A stretch of 63,618 bases of DNA, filler included, from a bacterium (lineage in GTDB: Bacteria; JALSQH01): assembly GCA_026985515.1 (NCBI GenBank). It is 11 parts of 11 records of this genome, joined end to end, with 100 filler letters (N's around TTAATTAATTAA, not from the genome) between each part and the next. Parts side by side here need not be neighbours in the genome. Positions count along the whole stretch, not along the records: positions 18,253 to 30,124 come from JALSQH010000133.1; positions 30,225 to 33,222 come from JALSQH010000134.1; 9 more parts are not named here. One strand, given 5' to 3'. Every line of letters begins with the position of its first letter. The first letter of the stretch is position 1. The notes beneath the pieces were generated by a model. That model had not been told where the DNA came from, ran no database searches, and saw only the letters and a program-made list of their open reading frames with translations. Shown here piece by piece: positions 21,370 to 32,262 of this stretch. The position numbers were made by a program, and so were the translations under genes.

Positions 21370-22868
21370 ATAGACAGGAATTAGAATCTTTTCTGATTGA
21401 TCTGAACAGGGGATTGAGGGTTTTTAGCTTTTACCCTCTCTCCCATCCCGTCACAGGTAAAGTGGCGGAGGAACTCTATCAGAAAGTCGATTCCCTCATA
21501 AAGAAGTATGATAAACTCATTGAACTTGAAATATCGAGAAATTCCTTCTCCGCAGAGGGGGAAACGATTGAGAATCATCCCGCCCTTTCACCTCTTGCCT
21601 ATGAATTCTTCAAAAGAAGAATTAAGAAACTCTTTATTCTCCCGGGAGTCACTCCTCAGGAAATAAAATCTCTTCTCCTTGCCCTTTCAATGGACATTGA
21701 CACCATTGAGAGAAGCGGAGGAATTGATAAGATTCTCATACAGTACAAGGTGCAGAACATCTGGATTAATGAAATAGACTTCTCCCTCAGACAGGAACTA
21801 AAGGAGCAGGGACCCCCAGTAAATCTAAACAACATCATAAAAACACCCCGTACCGATACTGCAGAGTCAAAGGAACTACAGAATCTTCTTAATTCCTTAC
21901 AGGACTACATTGACACACCCCGGTTCAAAGAAGCACTTAAAAGAATTAGAAGAATGGTTCTTCCATTTATTGAAAGCAAAGACTGGTATCAGGTTCTTTC
22001 GGTCCTCGAAGTTTTAAGCCACATTGCATCATCACCGTACATTTCAGATGAAAGCCGGGAAGTAGCGAGAAAAACTATCCTCTCAATAGTAAACAGAGAT
22101 GTCATAGAGTTCCTTCTCCAGGAGTATCTTGCCTCACCACCGTTGAGGGCACATGAAATTGTTCTGATTTTTCAGCAACTTGGAAAAATCTCTTTCCCTT
22201 TTATTTTAAGGGAACTGATGGAAAATGAAGATAAATCTGAGAGAAAAAAATTGATCCAGTTATCATCAAAAATGGGGAAACCGATCCTGGACTACCTCTA
22301 CAGATTGCTTGAGGATAAGAGATGGTATATCCTTAGAAACGTTCTGCTCATTATAGGAGAAATTGAAGACCCGGAATCACTGCCATTTATTGAAGATTTC
22401 CTGTATAATCCAGATCTCAGAGTAAGCAGAGAAGCAATAAGAGCCTACACCAGGATTTCCCAGTCGAAGGGAATTGAAAAGCTGAGAGAAATATACAGGA
22501 AAAGCCCAAAGGAGAAGAAAAAAATTATAATCAATTCTCTGAAGATGATAAGAGATGATGCAGCCCTTGATTTTGCCGTGGAACTCTTTGACTTGGAGAA
22601 GAATAGAGAGTTGAAAGAAGCAATAGTAAAAAATATTCCCTACCTGAAGGAAAACGATAAGGCCACAAACTTCCTGAAATCTGTGATACTTAAAGACATA
22701 AAAAAAATTTCAGGTAAACCTGGAAATCTCGCCCTTGCAGGAATAGAGGCTCTATCTAAAATGGGAGAAAAGGGACTCAACACCCTGGAGGAGTTGAAGA
22801 GGGAAGGCAGGGGAAAGCTCCGAAGCCACATTGATCTGGTTCTGAAGAATGAGAGAACAGTATCTTGA
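21366..22868 (+). CDS. HEAT-repeat protein with unnamed N-terminal YPxxHP domain
   Basis: DKRWYILRNVL..IGEI and DLRVSREAIRA HEAT repeats; GTG start overlaps the upstream stop. Confidence 0.75.
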   Translation: MNRQELESFLIDLNRGLRVFSFYPLSHPVTGKVAEELYQKVDSLIKKYDKLIELEISRNSFSAEGETIENHPALSPLAYEFFKRRIKKLFILPGVTPQEIKSLLLALSMDIDTIERSGGIDKILIQYKVQNIWINEIDFSLRQELKEQGPPVNLNNIIKTPRTDTAESKELQNLLNSLQDYIDTPRFKEALKRIRRMVLPFIESKDWYQVLSVLEVLSHIASSPYISDESREVARKTILSIVNRDVIEFLLQEYLASPPLRAHEIVLIFQQLGKISFPFILRELMENEDKSERKKLIQLSSKMGKPILDYLYRLLEDKRWYILRNVLLIIGEIEDPESLPFIEDFLYNPDLRVSREAIRAYTRISQSKGIEKLREIYRKSPKEKKKIIINSLKMIRDDAALDFAVELFDLEKNRELKEAIVKNIPYLKENDKATNFLKSVILKDIKKISGKPGNLALAGIEALSKMGEKGLNTLEELKREGRGKLRSHIDLVLKNERTVS

Positions 22869-24177
22869 ACTGATAAAGAATCTCGTTTCATCCATTAAAG
22901 GTTACAACTACTACCCTGAGGGACATCCCGCAAGGGAAAAACCAATTTACAGAGTACACGAATTCCTCACAAAATACCTCAACGATTCTCCCTCTCTTCG
23001 TATTGCAATTGTGGAGGATACACTGGTGGTGGAAGATATTCCACTATTTGATGCGCAACCAGGTGTAATGGATCTCTACAACTCAATGGACCAGAGAAAA
23101 ATAGGTGAAATCCTTTTCTTCAAAGGTGTAACAGTTGACGAACTGAAAACACTCCTACATATTCTCGCCATGCCGGTAGAAGAATTTAAAAGTGTTGATG
23201 TTGACGAATACTTTCTCCAGAAAGGTGTCAAATTTATCGAGATTATTGACAAAGAGAGAGATCTGAAAAAGAAAAGCAAGAGGGTCTACACTCACGCAAA
23301 AAAATTCATTGTGGAAGCAATGAATGAAATAAGGCTGGGAAGAGTTCCCAGGATAGAGGTGGCAGAGAGCATTGTTGCATCCTTTGACAGAATCCTGAAG
23401 AGAGATGAAAGTGCAATAATGGCACTTGTTATGCTTTCAGATTACGACAACTACACATTCAACCACTCTGTTAATGTGGGTATCCTGACCCTAGCACTTG
23501 CACGGGAACTCCGCTGGAGCGATGCTGAGGAGGTGGGAATTGCAGGTCTTCTTCATGACATAGGCAAGACAAAAACACCAATTGAAATAATCAATAAACC
23601 CGGCAAATTAACACCGGAAGAGTGGGAAATAATGAAAAAACATCCCATTGATGGTGCCAAAATAGTTCAGCAGATGGATAAATTCAAAACGGATGTGTCA
23701 CTGATGGTGCTGCAGCACCATGTTAGATATGACAGAAGTGGATACCCCGATATAAAAAATTCAAAAATGATAGAGGGAACGCACCTGATAACTATTTCCG
23801 ATACATACGACTCCATGACGACACTCCGTCCATATCAGAGACGATACGATCCAAAGGAGGCTCTCGACATAATGGTGAACAAACTCAGAGGAAAAGCGCT
23901 TCATCCCCGCTATCTTGACACCTTTGTGGATATGCTGGGAATATATCCAGTTGGCTCATGTGTAAGACTGAAAAGTGGAGAAATAGCAATTGTTACAGGT
24001 TTAAACAGAAGCGACCCACTTCATCCTTCAGTTAAAATCATTCTCGGGAAAGACGGGAAGTATCTTCCGAAACCAGTTGAGATTGATCTGACAGATAAAA
24101 GCGAAAGGAAAAAGAGGGAAATAATAACCCTGGTAAATCCCACCCTTCTCAACATAGATGTAACGCGTTACCTCTAA
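22849..24177 (+). CDS. HD-GYP c-di-GMP phosphodiesterase family protein
   Basis: YTFNHSVNV, LLHDIGK, HHVRYDRSGYP, DTYDSMT.RPY and GIYPVGS.V.L.SGE. Confidence 0.92.
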   Translation: MREQYLELIKNLVSSIKGYNYYPEGHPAREKPIYRVHEFLTKYLNDSPSLRIAIVEDTLVVEDIPLFDAQPGVMDLYNSMDQRKIGEILFFKGVTVDELKTLLHILAMPVEEFKSVDVDEYFLQKGVKFIEIIDKERDLKKKSKRVYTHAKKFIVEAMNEIRLGRVPRIEVAESIVASFDRILKRDESAIMALVMLSDYDNYTFNHSVNVGILTLALARELRWSDAEEVGIAGLLHDIGKTKTPIEIINKPGKLTPEEWEIMKKHPIDGAKIVQQMDKFKTDVSLMVLQHHVRYDRSGYPDIKNSKMIEGTHLITISDTYDSMTTLRPYQRRYDPKEALDIMVNKLRGKALHPRYLDTFVDMLGIYPVGSCVRLKSGEIAIVTGLNRSDPLHPSVKIILGKDGKYLPKPVEIDLTDKSERKKREIITLVNPTLLNIDVTRYL

Positions 24178-24752
24178 GCATCCAGTTCCCCCAGAGCCTC
24201 AACAGCCGCCATCTTAATTCCCCTGTGTCTGGAACCAGCCAGTTTTATCAGGTATGGTTCAACTCTTGGATCTCCAAGTTTCCCCAGAACTCTTATGAGC
24301 TCTATTAAATAATCTGCATCTCTTGAGGAAAGTTCTTTGAGTAAAATTCCGGTTCCTCTTCTATCCTTCCATTTTTTCAACAACTGAAAAAGCTCTACCT
24401 TAACAACTTTCTCCTTCTCAAGCTGAAACACTTTCCAGAAAAATTTCATGCTACGTGGATCATCAATCTCACTCAGAGCCCTTGCAGCTGCCGCCCTTTC
24501 ATCCACATCGCTATCCACCGACCATAGAGAGTAGAGAGCATTGATCGCCTTTTCGCCACCTATTTTTCCCAGAGAATAGATTGCCTGTAACCTTATTACC
24601 TTATCCCCGTGCCTCAGGTTATCAATAACAAGTGGAAGCGACATCTTACCTTCCACTTTATTGAGAGACTCTGCAGCTGCTCTTCTGAGCTCTTCATCCC
24701 CTGATTTATCAATAATTTCCATGAGAACTTTTTTTCTTTCTTCAAGTCCCAA
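24174..24752 (-). CDS. HEAT-repeat protein
   Basis: Repeats such as RLQAIYSLGKIG and RAAAARALSEI. TTG start at 24752 with GGAGGAG RBS (ORF track starts at 24821). Confidence 0.75.
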   Translation of the reverse strand: MGLEERKKVLMEIIDKSGDEELRRAAAESLNKVEGKMSLPLVIDNLRHGDKVIRLQAIYSLGKIGGEKAINALYSLWSVDSDVDERAAAARALSEIDDPRSMKFFWKVFQLEKEKVVKVELFQLLKKWKDRRGTGILLKELSSRDADYLIELIRVLGKLGDPRVEPYLIKLAGSRHRGIKMAAVEALGELDA

Positions 24753-25689
24753 CTTCTCTCCTCCAGTCAGATACAGAAGGCACATTTCCACAGGAAGACG
24801 CTGAGGAAATGGCATCTTCAATTGCTCTTCCAGTTACTTCAATGGCTGCATAACCAGCCACATCGGGAAGAACCCTTTTTTCTCCCGCTGAAACCATTAT
24901 GAGAACATCCCCATCGGCGCTGGAACTTGGTGGAGAAAAAAATCTTCCAAAGGACCCCGAGGCAATTCTTCCGGCAATGAGCAGATCCTCCCTCTCCATA
25001 GTACCATCTGTTATTATCACAACAAGATTTGTGTTTTCCAGGGGGGAATAAAAAGGAGCTGTCTCAGATAAATTTACAAATTCCTTTTCACCCCTGATTC
25101 CTGCTATTATTTCGCCTGATGATCCCAGAACATTGCCAAAATTATTTACAACCACAAGAGCAAAAACTGTTACGTCCCCCACCCTCTTCCATGCAGCCCC
25201 AAAACCGCCTTTGGTCGCTCTTTCATACCCGAAAATTTTCCCGGCAGTGGCTCCTGTTCCCGCACCAACACTGCCGGTTTCAAACTCCTCCTTTGCAGAG
25301 GCTGCAGCCAAATATCCATCCTCAACATCAGGATAGCTTTCTTTACCAACAAGAAGATCAAAAATTGCAGCAGTGGGAACAATGGGTACCCTGATCCTGT
25401 TTCTTATCAGTAATCCCCGCCCCTGCTCCTTCATATACAACTGTACCCCTATGCCACTTCCAAGACCAAAGGCGCTTCCGCCTGTGAGACATATTGCATC
25501 AATTTTCCTCACAGAGTGACCCAGAAAGAGGGAATCAAATTGCCTGGTGGATGAGGCGCTACCTGTAAAGGCAGCTACAGCTTTAACAGGCTTATCAAAG
25601 ATTATGGCTGTTACGCCTGTTCCATCTTCGCATCTGGTCTGATGACCAATTTTTACCCCATTAATGGGGGAGACTTTTTTGCCCATCAA
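24742..25689 (-). CDS. P1/S58 family peptidase (DmpA-like)
   Basis: [38 protein letters not shown] and ENTNL. Confidence 0.88.
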   Translation of the reverse strand: MMGKKVSPINGVKIGHQTRCEDGTGVTAIIFDKPVKAVAAFTGSASSTRQFDSLFLGHSVRKIDAICLTGGSAFGLGSGIGVQLYMKEQGRGLLIRNRIRVPIVPTAAIFDLLVGKESYPDVEDGYLAAASAKEEFETGSVGAGTGATAGKIFGYERATKGGFGAAWKRVGDVTVFALVVVNNFGNVLGSSGEIIAGIRGEKEFVNLSETAPFYSPLENTNLVVIITDGTMEREDLLIAGRIASGSFGRFFSPPSSSADGDVLIMVSAGEKRVLPDVAGYAAIEVTGRAIEDAISSASSCGNVPSVSDWRREVGT

Positions 25690-27230
25690 TCCTCAACAAA
25701 ATCTCTCAGCTCTTTGATCACATCCGGATGTCTCAATTTTTTAAGTGCCTTCCCCTCAATCTGTCTGATTCTTTCCCTCGTTACATTGAAAAGTGCACCA
25801 ACCTCTTCCAGGGTTTTATCATCAGCCTTTCTATCCAGTCCAAACCTCTCCTTTATTATGGCCCTTTCCCTGGGTTGCAGATGTTCCTGAAGAAGCTGGC
25901 TTACCTTCCTCTGAAGATCCCTTTTAATTGCAACTTTTTCAGGAGTGGGAGTCGTTATATCCTCAATAAAATCCTGTATCTGACTGTCACCATCATCTCC
26001 TATGGGTGCATCGAGCCTCACAATACTCTGATTTGCCATCATAATTTTCTCAACTTTCTCTGGCGTGAGCCCAACTTTATCAGCAATTTCCTTGGGATCA
26101 GGATTTCCACCCATTTCCTGAGCTTTCTCCTGGGTTACCCTGTTTATCTTATGAATATTCTCTATCACATGTACAGGAATTCTAATTGTCCTTGACTGAT
26201 CAGCAATGGCTCTTGTTATTGCCTGTCTTATCCACCATGTTGCATAGGTGCTGAACTTAAAGCCCTTTTCGGGATTGAACTTTTCCACTGCCCTGAGCAA
26301 TCCCATATTTCCTTCCTGAATCAGGTCGCTTATGTCAAGTCCCTTGTTGATATATTTTTTGGCAATACTCACCACAAGTCTCAGGTTACAGCTTACAAAC
26401 CAGTTCTTCTGCTCCTCAAGAGAATCAAGCAACTTAAAAAGGGAAAGTACATAACTCTCAAACTTTGAGGGATTCTGTTCAATCTCTCTCTCAAAAACCT
26501 CCTCTTCATGTTTGGCAGAAAAATAATCAAGCATCAACTTTTCAAATTCCTCCTGCTCCACCCCATACTGCATCAGAAATTCCCTTTTATCCAGCAACCT
26601 GTTGTAATTACCGAAGAAATCATCAAGGTCCTTTTCCTTGATCTTGAACCTTTCTGCAATTTTTCTTTTTGTATTCTGTATCTCCTCGTATCGCCTGTAA
26701 TAATCTTTTACGGTCTCAGCAAATTCCCTCAAAACTCTGTGATCAAATTTTATCTTCCTCAGATGATTTGCCATGTGCTCCTTAACTTTTTTTGCTCTTA
26801 ACTTCAGCTGCTTCCTGGCTTCCTTTGTGAGGTTTTCGCTGTGAAGTTTTTCCTGAATTTCTCTCCACTCTGCATACCATTTTTTGGCTTTTTCCATATG
26901 CTTGAGAAGTTCCTCTTTCTTTTTGCCTTCCTCCACATCTCCCTCTTCGTCCTCACCTAAATCGGCAAAGATTTCTTTCAATTTTTTCCTTCCTGCCACG
27001 ATATCATCATACAGTTTTATCACTTCCCGGATCACAACAGTCAGTCTCAACATAAAATTCCATACCTTCCTTCTTTTCTCCTCAATATCCTCTGCAAGTT
27101 TTTTCTCATCTTCAGGGGAGAGGACCGGCAAATTTGACATCTCCTTAAAATATGACTCAAGGCTATTGTAACTCCGATCCTCTTCTTCTTCATAGATCTC
27201 AAAATCATCCCTGAATTCAAAATCATCCAT
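25686..27230 (-). CDS. rpoD: Primary sigma factor sigma70
   Basis: [51 protein letters not shown] and TRERIRQIE, downstream of dnaG. Start ATG 27230 inferred. Confidence 0.95.
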   Translation of the reverse strand: MDDFEFRDDFEIYEEEEDRSYNSLESYFKEMSNLPVLSPEDEKKLAEDIEEKRRKVWNFMLRLTVVIREVIKLYDDIVAGRKKLKEIFADLGEDEEGDVEEGKKKEELLKHMEKAKKWYAEWREIQEKLHSENLTKEARKQLKLRAKKVKEHMANHLRKIKFDHRVLREFAETVKDYYRRYEEIQNTKRKIAERFKIKEKDLDDFFGNYNRLLDKREFLMQYGVEQEEFEKLMLDYFSAKHEEEVFEREIEQNPSKFESYVLSLFKLLDSLEEQKNWFVSCNLRLVVSIAKKYINKGLDISDLIQEGNMGLLRAVEKFNPEKGFKFSTYATWWIRQAITRAIADQSRTIRIPVHVIENIHKINRVTQEKAQEMGGNPDPKEIADKVGLTPEKVEKIMMANQSIVRLDAPIGDDGDSQIQDFIEDITTPTPEKVAIKRDLQRKVSQLLQEHLQPRERAIIKERFGLDRKADDKTLEEVGALFNVTRERIRQIEGKALKKLRHPDVIKELRDFVED

Positions 27231-27250
27231 ACTGCGCACCCCTTTTCTGG

Positions 27251-29002
27251 TTACAATTCTCCCCCACTCCACACACCAGCTCTCAGGTCATTGAGAATCT
27301 GCTGCTTCTTTTTCAAAAGCTCCTTTGCCTTTCTGTGGTCGCCCATTCTCTCAGCCTGCTGAATTTCCCTGGAAAGTTTTTCCTGCATGAGCTTTATCTT
27401 TCTCCTCTTCATACCCTCAATCAGATCACCAATCAGCTCCTCAGTAGCGGCAAACTCCTTTGAGAGGAGATAACTCACAATCTCAGGCATCCTTTCATTA
27501 TCGCTGCTCACAAGATAGCCAGGAGAATCTTTTCCAGACTTAACAAGGGTAAACCATTTTTCAAGAAGATCTCTTAAAATGGGAGAAATGAGGTATCTAC
27601 CTGCATCCCTCAACTCGCTTTCCTCAACAAGGGATGGATTCTTAAGAAAAAGCGCCACAAACATCTCCTCTTCAGGGTAAAAATTCCACTTCTCCACTTT
27701 TTCTGGACTGGATGAACTTCCCTTTTCCAGCTTTACCTTCACTTTGAGAGATTCCTCACTTATCCCCAGAAATTCTGAAGCTCTTGCAATGTAAAGTTCC
27801 CTCAAGACGGGATCCTTTACCTTACCAATCAGTTCAGCAACAATACCTGCACATTTTGCAACTCCTTCAGGTGTTTTTCCATATCTGTGGAGATGATAAC
27901 CCAGATAAAAATCAAAACCATGAAGAGCCTTATCTCTGACGCTTTTCCACCCTTCTATACCCTCTTTTCTGATAAATGAATCGGGATCCTCACCTTCGGG
28001 CAGTCTCATCACAAAGTGTTCCACTCCCTCCACCGTAAGCAACTCAATGGCTCTCAGAGTTGCCTTTACTCCGGCATTATCACTGTCAAAAGTGATATAA
28101 ACTCTCCCTGCCAGTCTGGAGAGAATTTTTATCTGGTCTTCCGTAAGCCCGGTACCAAGAGGAGCAACGCTGTTCTTCACCCCATTCTGCCAGAGGGAGA
28201 TAACATCCAGATATCCCTCAACCAGAAACACCTCACCTGTTCTGGATATTTCAGATGCTGCTTTATTTAACCCGAAAAGGGTTTTACTCTTGTTGAAGAG
28301 AGGTGTCTCTGGAGAATTCAGATACTTGGGAGAATCACTGCTCTCCGTTATTATCCTTCCACCAAAACCTACTATTCTGTTTCTCTGATCATAAATCGGG
28401 AAAATTATTCTATCTCTGAACCGGTCATAATAACTGTCTCTACCTGCTATGATAAGCCCTGCCTTTTCGGCAAGTTCGTCGCTTATCTTCTGCTTTCTCA
28501 GATATTCCCTCAGATCCCTCCATCCCGGTGAAGCATAACCGATTCCCCATTCTCTTATTACCTCTTCAGTCAATCCTCTTTTTCTGAGATAATCCCTTGC
28601 CTTTTCTCCTGCCGCGGTTCGCAGATTGTCCTGGAAAAATTTTTCTGCCACCTTCAGTACATTCTGAAGTGTGGCTCTTTTAAGTTCATTCTCCCTCTCT
28701 CTTCTGGAAAATGTAAGCTCAACACCTGCCTGATCAGCCAGCTCCCTGACAGCCTCAATAAAACTCAGACCCTCAATCTGCATCAGAAAGGTTATGGCGT
28801 TACCCCTTGCACCGCATCCGAAGCAGTAGTAGAGCTGTTTTTCCGGACTTACCGAAAATGAAGGAGTTTTTTCAGAGTGGAAGGGGCAGAGACCAAAGTA
28901 ATTTTTCCCCACCCGCTTCAGCGTTACATATCTGGAAACCAGATCAACTAAATCGATTCTTTCAAGTATTTCCTCTATTTTGTCATCAGGAATGGAGCCC
29001 AA
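27251..29002 (-). CDS. dnaG: DNA primase
   Basis: CPFH..CFGC zinc finger, [15 protein letters not shown] and FDSDNAG (Toprim). Confidence 0.97.
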   Translation of the reverse strand: MGSIPDDKIEEILERIDLVDLVSRYVTLKRVGKNYFGLCPFHSEKTPSFSVSPEKQLYYCFGCGARGNAITFLMQIEGLSFIEAVRELADQAGVELTFSRRERENELKRATLQNVLKVAEKFFQDNLRTAAGEKARDYLRKRGLTEEVIREWGIGYASPGWRDLREYLRKQKISDELAEKAGLIIAGRDSYYDRFRDRIIFPIYDQRNRIVGFGGRIITESSDSPKYLNSPETPLFNKSKTLFGLNKAASEISRTGEVFLVEGYLDVISLWQNGVKNSVAPLGTGLTEDQIKILSRLAGRVYITFDSDNAGVKATLRAIELLTVEGVEHFVMRLPEGEDPDSFIRKEGIEGWKSVRDKALHGFDFYLGYHLHRYGKTPEGVAKCAGIVAELIGKVKDPVLRELYIARASEFLGISEESLKVKVKLEKGSSSSPEKVEKWNFYPEEEMFVALFLKNPSLVEESELRDAGRYLISPILRDLLEKWFTLVKSGKDSPGYLVSSDNERMPEIVSYLLSKEFAATEELIGDLIEGMKRRKIKLMQEKLSREIQQAERMGDHRKAKELLKKKQQILNDLRAGVWSGGEL

Positions 29003-29011
29003 AGGCGACCT

Positions 29012-29470
29012 CTACCTGCTTTCTTTTTCAAGAAGTTCCCTCACAAGGAGGTTTACTTCCTTACCGTCCGCCCTTCCCTTAACTTTTGCCATCACGGCTC
29101 TCATCACCTTTCCAAAATCTTTCTGAGAATGGGCTCCCAACTCCTCCATTGTTTCTTTAATCAGAGAAATGAGTTCCTCACGACTGAGCTGTGGTGGTAA
29201 CAATTCCTGGAGGATGGAAATCTCCTCTTCTTCAGCCCTGGCAAGATCCTCTCTCCCGCCCTCGCGATACTGCTCCACAGATTCTCTTCTCTTTTTTATC
29301 ATGGATGAAATTACCTGCATCACCTCATCATCACTGAGGGGATGCATTACTTCTACTTCCCTGTTCCTGATCTCAGATTTTAAGAGACGATAAACGCTTA
29401 CCCTTTTCTTATCTCCAGATTTTAGAGATTCCTTCAATAATCTGTCTATTTCTTCCTTTAAAGCCATCAA
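29012..29470 (-). CDS. yqeY: GatB/YqeY domain protein
   Basis: KKRRES..Y..GGR.DL..EE.E, LPPQL and GRADGK; lies between rpsU and dnaG. Confidence 0.92.
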   Translation of the reverse strand: MMALKEEIDRLLKESLKSGDKKRVSVYRLLKSEIRNREVEVMHPLSDDEVMQVISSMIKKRRESVEQYREGGREDLARAEEEEISILQELLPPQLSREELISLIKETMEELGAHSQKDFGKVMRAVMAKVKGRADGKEVNLLVRELLEKESR

Positions 29471-29477
29471 ACTTTCC

Positions 29478-29681
29478 CTACTGAAGTTGCTGCATCTTTT
29501 TCAATCTCTTAAGGAGTCTCTTCCTGGCAGCTATCATCTTTTTCTTTCTCTTGACACTGGGCTTTTCATAAAACTCCCTCTTCCGCACCTCAGAAAGAAC
29601 ACCAGCTTTCTCAACCTGTTTTTTAAATCTCTTGAGAGCACTCTCAAAAGATTCTCCTTCGCGGACAATAACTCCTGGCAT
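29478..29681 (-). CDS. rpsU: 30S ribosomal protein S21
   Basis: [12 protein letters not shown] and [14 protein letters not shown]. Confidence 0.97.
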   Translation of the reverse strand: MPGVIVREGESFESALKRFKKQVEKAGVLSEVRKREFYEKPSVKRKKKMIAARKRLLKRLKKMQQLQ

Positions 29682-29722
29682 CTAAATCACCCCTTTCTTT
29701 TCTGATTTTTCCGCTATTTTAT

Positions 29723-29785
29723 ATAGTAGGAGTTAAAAATGTGCTGTCAAGTGACTCTTGCAAAAAAGTTTACTTTTCCTATCAT
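29723..29785. promoter_or_regulatory. Divergent sigma70-type promoters (rpsU operon / prenyltransferase)
   Basis: Minus strand TTGACA-16-TACTAT (29750-29723); plus strand TTGCAA-16-TATCAT (29758-29785). Confidence 0.55.
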
Positions 29786-29808
29786 GTATTTTAGAAACAG
29801 GAGGTCAG

Positions 29809-30124
29809 ATGTCAATGGAGAGAGCAAAAATTTATTTCCTGGAGACAAGACCGCAGTTTCTATTTCTCTCAGTAATTCTGGTTCTTCTTGGAGGGAGTGT
29901 TTCACTGATATTGAGGGGTAAAATCATACCTTTTGACTTCATACTGGCTCTGACAGGACTCGTGCTTCTTCACATAAGTGTTAATGTTCTCAATGATTAT
30001 TTCGACTACAGGTCTGGAATAGATTTTCACACCCGGAGAACCCCATTTAATGGAGGAAGTGGAATTCTCACCTCCGGACTGATGAAGCCAGAGGAAGCCT
30101 TCTGGTTCGGGATAGTGGCTTTTA
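29809..30124 (+). CDS. UbiA/MenA-family prenyltransferase (3'-truncated)
   Basis: ETRPQFL, NVLNDYFDYRSGID and TPFNGGSG; GGAGG RBS. Confidence 0.85.
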
Positions 30125-30224
30125 NNNNNNNNNNNNNNNNNNNNNNNNNNNNNNNNNNNNNNNNNNNNTTAATTAATTAANNNNNNNNNNNNNNNNNNNN
30201 NNNNNNNNNNNNNNNNNNNNNNNN
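30125..30224. other. Artificial linker
   Basis: N44-TTAATTAATTAA-N44. Confidence 0.99.
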
Positions 30225-30226
30225 AA

Positions 30227-30325
30227 ATAGTTGTCTCTAAAGAAGAGGCTAAGGAAATCCTTGAGAACGATAGAGGGTTTCTGGAGAGTATATTTCATTA
30301 TCTGAAGGATAAAAGAATACTATGA
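30227..30325 (+). CDS. C-terminal tail of a possible HEPN-domain protein (5'-truncated)
   Basis: IVVSKEEAKEILENDRGFLESIFHYLKDKRIL* resembles the last HEPN helix pattern (xxEEAxxxxxxAxxF). Only 32 aa are visible. Confidence 0.4.
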   Translation: MVVSKEEAKEILENDRGFLESIFHYLKDKRIL

Positions 30326-30472
30326 AGTATTTCCCAGTACCTGACAGTGAACATAAGGTTACGCGTCACTCTGCCCTAAACCCGGCTAAAGCTGTAACCA
30401 TGCATACCAGCCAAACTTCAGGTAAAAATCTCTTTAAAAATAAAGAATAACGAAAAAAGAAAGGTAATTGCT

Positions 30473-32197
30473 ATGGGTAAATCAAAAAATTTTGATGAAG
30501 AGATTGCTCAGGTAATTAATTGGCTAAAAGAAGATATGCATATTGAAGAGATAGAATTCAGATTGGATCCTTTACTCGAATGGGAAAAAAAGATGTATGA
30601 TGAAGAAACACTCTCTATGATACTGCACCTAAAAGAGATTGCTTTTAAAAAGGCTCTGAGAAAAAATAATAAGGAGTCTTATTTTGGACTCTTGCTTCTG
30701 AGCTACTTAGTTGAAAATTTCAGAACGGGTCTTATATTTGAAAAAAGAGAAGAATTTGAGCTTCTAAAGAAACTTCTGAAAAGGTATATCAATAAATCAG
30801 ATAGTGATTCGCGTCACTCGCTAAGAGTGATGGTATTTCATATAATTACTTTTGCTGCCCCGGATCTAGCTATATATGAGGATATTGCAGCAGAGGTCTC
30901 TCTAACTATTCTAAATGCTATCTTATCGGGTTCTATTAATCTTCATGAGTGTATACAGAATTTTAATATTGTCGTTACCTTGAATGAATTAATTACTAGT
31001 GGGAGCTGGTTTAAGAGAATAGCAGGTCATGTGTTTAATGAAGAACAGGTTGGGTTAATTTTAAATAAACTTATTGGGGAGATTAATAGAACAAAAAATG
31101 ATGAGGAATATTTGGTTGAATTGATAAGATTGCTCTCTTATATGGTGATGTTCTCCCCTTATGCTGTCTTGCCTTATAAAAATAAATTATTCGATCTGCT
31201 GGAAAGAAATTTAGGAAATGAGGAAATTCTGGAAATAATTGTGGAGATCCTGTTCCCCTCTGTCCCTTCCGAATTCTGGGAAGGATTTCCAATTGAAGTT
31301 ATGAAACAACTATTGAGTTATGTCCTTAGTAGAAAGAAACTTTCATCTTCATTCAAGAAAAATTTTGGAAAATCATTGCGAGAATTCCTGAAAGAAAATA
31401 TGTATCTCTGGGATAAGGATATTGTATTCACAAATCTCTGTTTTGATTTTATTAAAAGCATCTGGTTGAATAAGAGTTCAAAAGAGCATAAAAGGATAAC
31501 ATTGTGGATTTTGAATTTTCTCATTGGCGGAGATGTCATCTATGCATGGGATGATTTGTTTATTCAATTAAAATCCCATCTGATAGATTTTTTAAGAAAA
31601 AATTATTCTATAACTGATATTTGGTATATGATTGCCAATTTTTACTATCATAGGTACTTTGAATCAGGTTTTCTTAGAGAAACACTTCCTTTTTTGGAGA
31701 AATTTCTTGAGCAACGAAAAAATTTGAAATATGAAACAAGCATCCCTTTGTTGATAGCATTAATTTTATCTCTTGATATAAAAATAAGGCACATTGAAAA
31801 GTATATCTCCGATATTATATTGAGGAAAATGAATGACAAAATCAGTATAGGAGAAGTTATTCTGCTACTTGTTCTGGATAGAATTGGGAGAGTTAAATTG
31901 AGAAATGAAGAATTAGATGAGATTAAGGCCGAATTACTTAATGTTAAAATTTTTGATATATTAAATGGAATTTATGCAGAGATTCCTGAATATCTTGCAA
32001 GGTATCTTTCCAGCAACTTTTATTATTATCCCTTAATAGGAAGCGAGTTATTAAAAGAAAGATTTTCTGCTGATGAACTTCAAGTACATAAAAAGCATTT
32101 AGAACAGTACTTTAAAAAATTCCCTTCACACAGGGAACATTTTGATAAAATAGTTAAGATCTTAAAGGGTAACTATATAAAAATTAAGCAAGAATAG
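30473..32197 (+). CDS. AT-rich orphan helical protein (574 aa)
   Basis: Long uninterrupted ORF, Leu/Ile/Glu/Lys rich, with no recognisable motif. Confidence 0.7.
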   Translation: MGKSKNFDEEIAQVINWLKEDMHIEEIEFRLDPLLEWEKKMYDEETLSMILHLKEIAFKKALRKNNKESYFGLLLLSYLVENFRTGLIFEKREEFELLKKLLKRYINKSDSDSRHSLRVMVFHIITFAAPDLAIYEDIAAEVSLTILNAILSGSINLHECIQNFNIVVTLNELITSGSWFKRIAGHVFNEEQVGLILNKLIGEINRTKNDEEYLVELIRLLSYMVMFSPYAVLPYKNKLFDLLERNLGNEEILEIIVEILFPSVPSEFWEGFPIEVMKQLLSYVLSRKKLSSSFKKNFGKSLREFLKENMYLWDKDIVFTNLCFDFIKSIWLNKSSKEHKRITLWILNFLIGGDVIYAWDDLFIQLKSHLIDFLRKNYSITDIWYMIANFYYHRYFESGFLRETLPFLEKFLEQRKNLKYETSIPLLIALILSLDIKIRHIEKYISDIILRKMNDKISIGEVILLLVLDRIGRVKLRNEELDEIKAELLNVKIFDILNGIYAEIPEYLARYLSSNFYYYPLIGSELLKERFSADELQVHKKHLEQYFKKFPSHREHFDKIVKILKGNYIKIKQE

Positions 32198-32262
32198 CGT
32201 TAATTCTAATAAGAAATGAGAGTTGCTTTGTAGATAAAATCCATTTGTCTTAAAATAAAACC

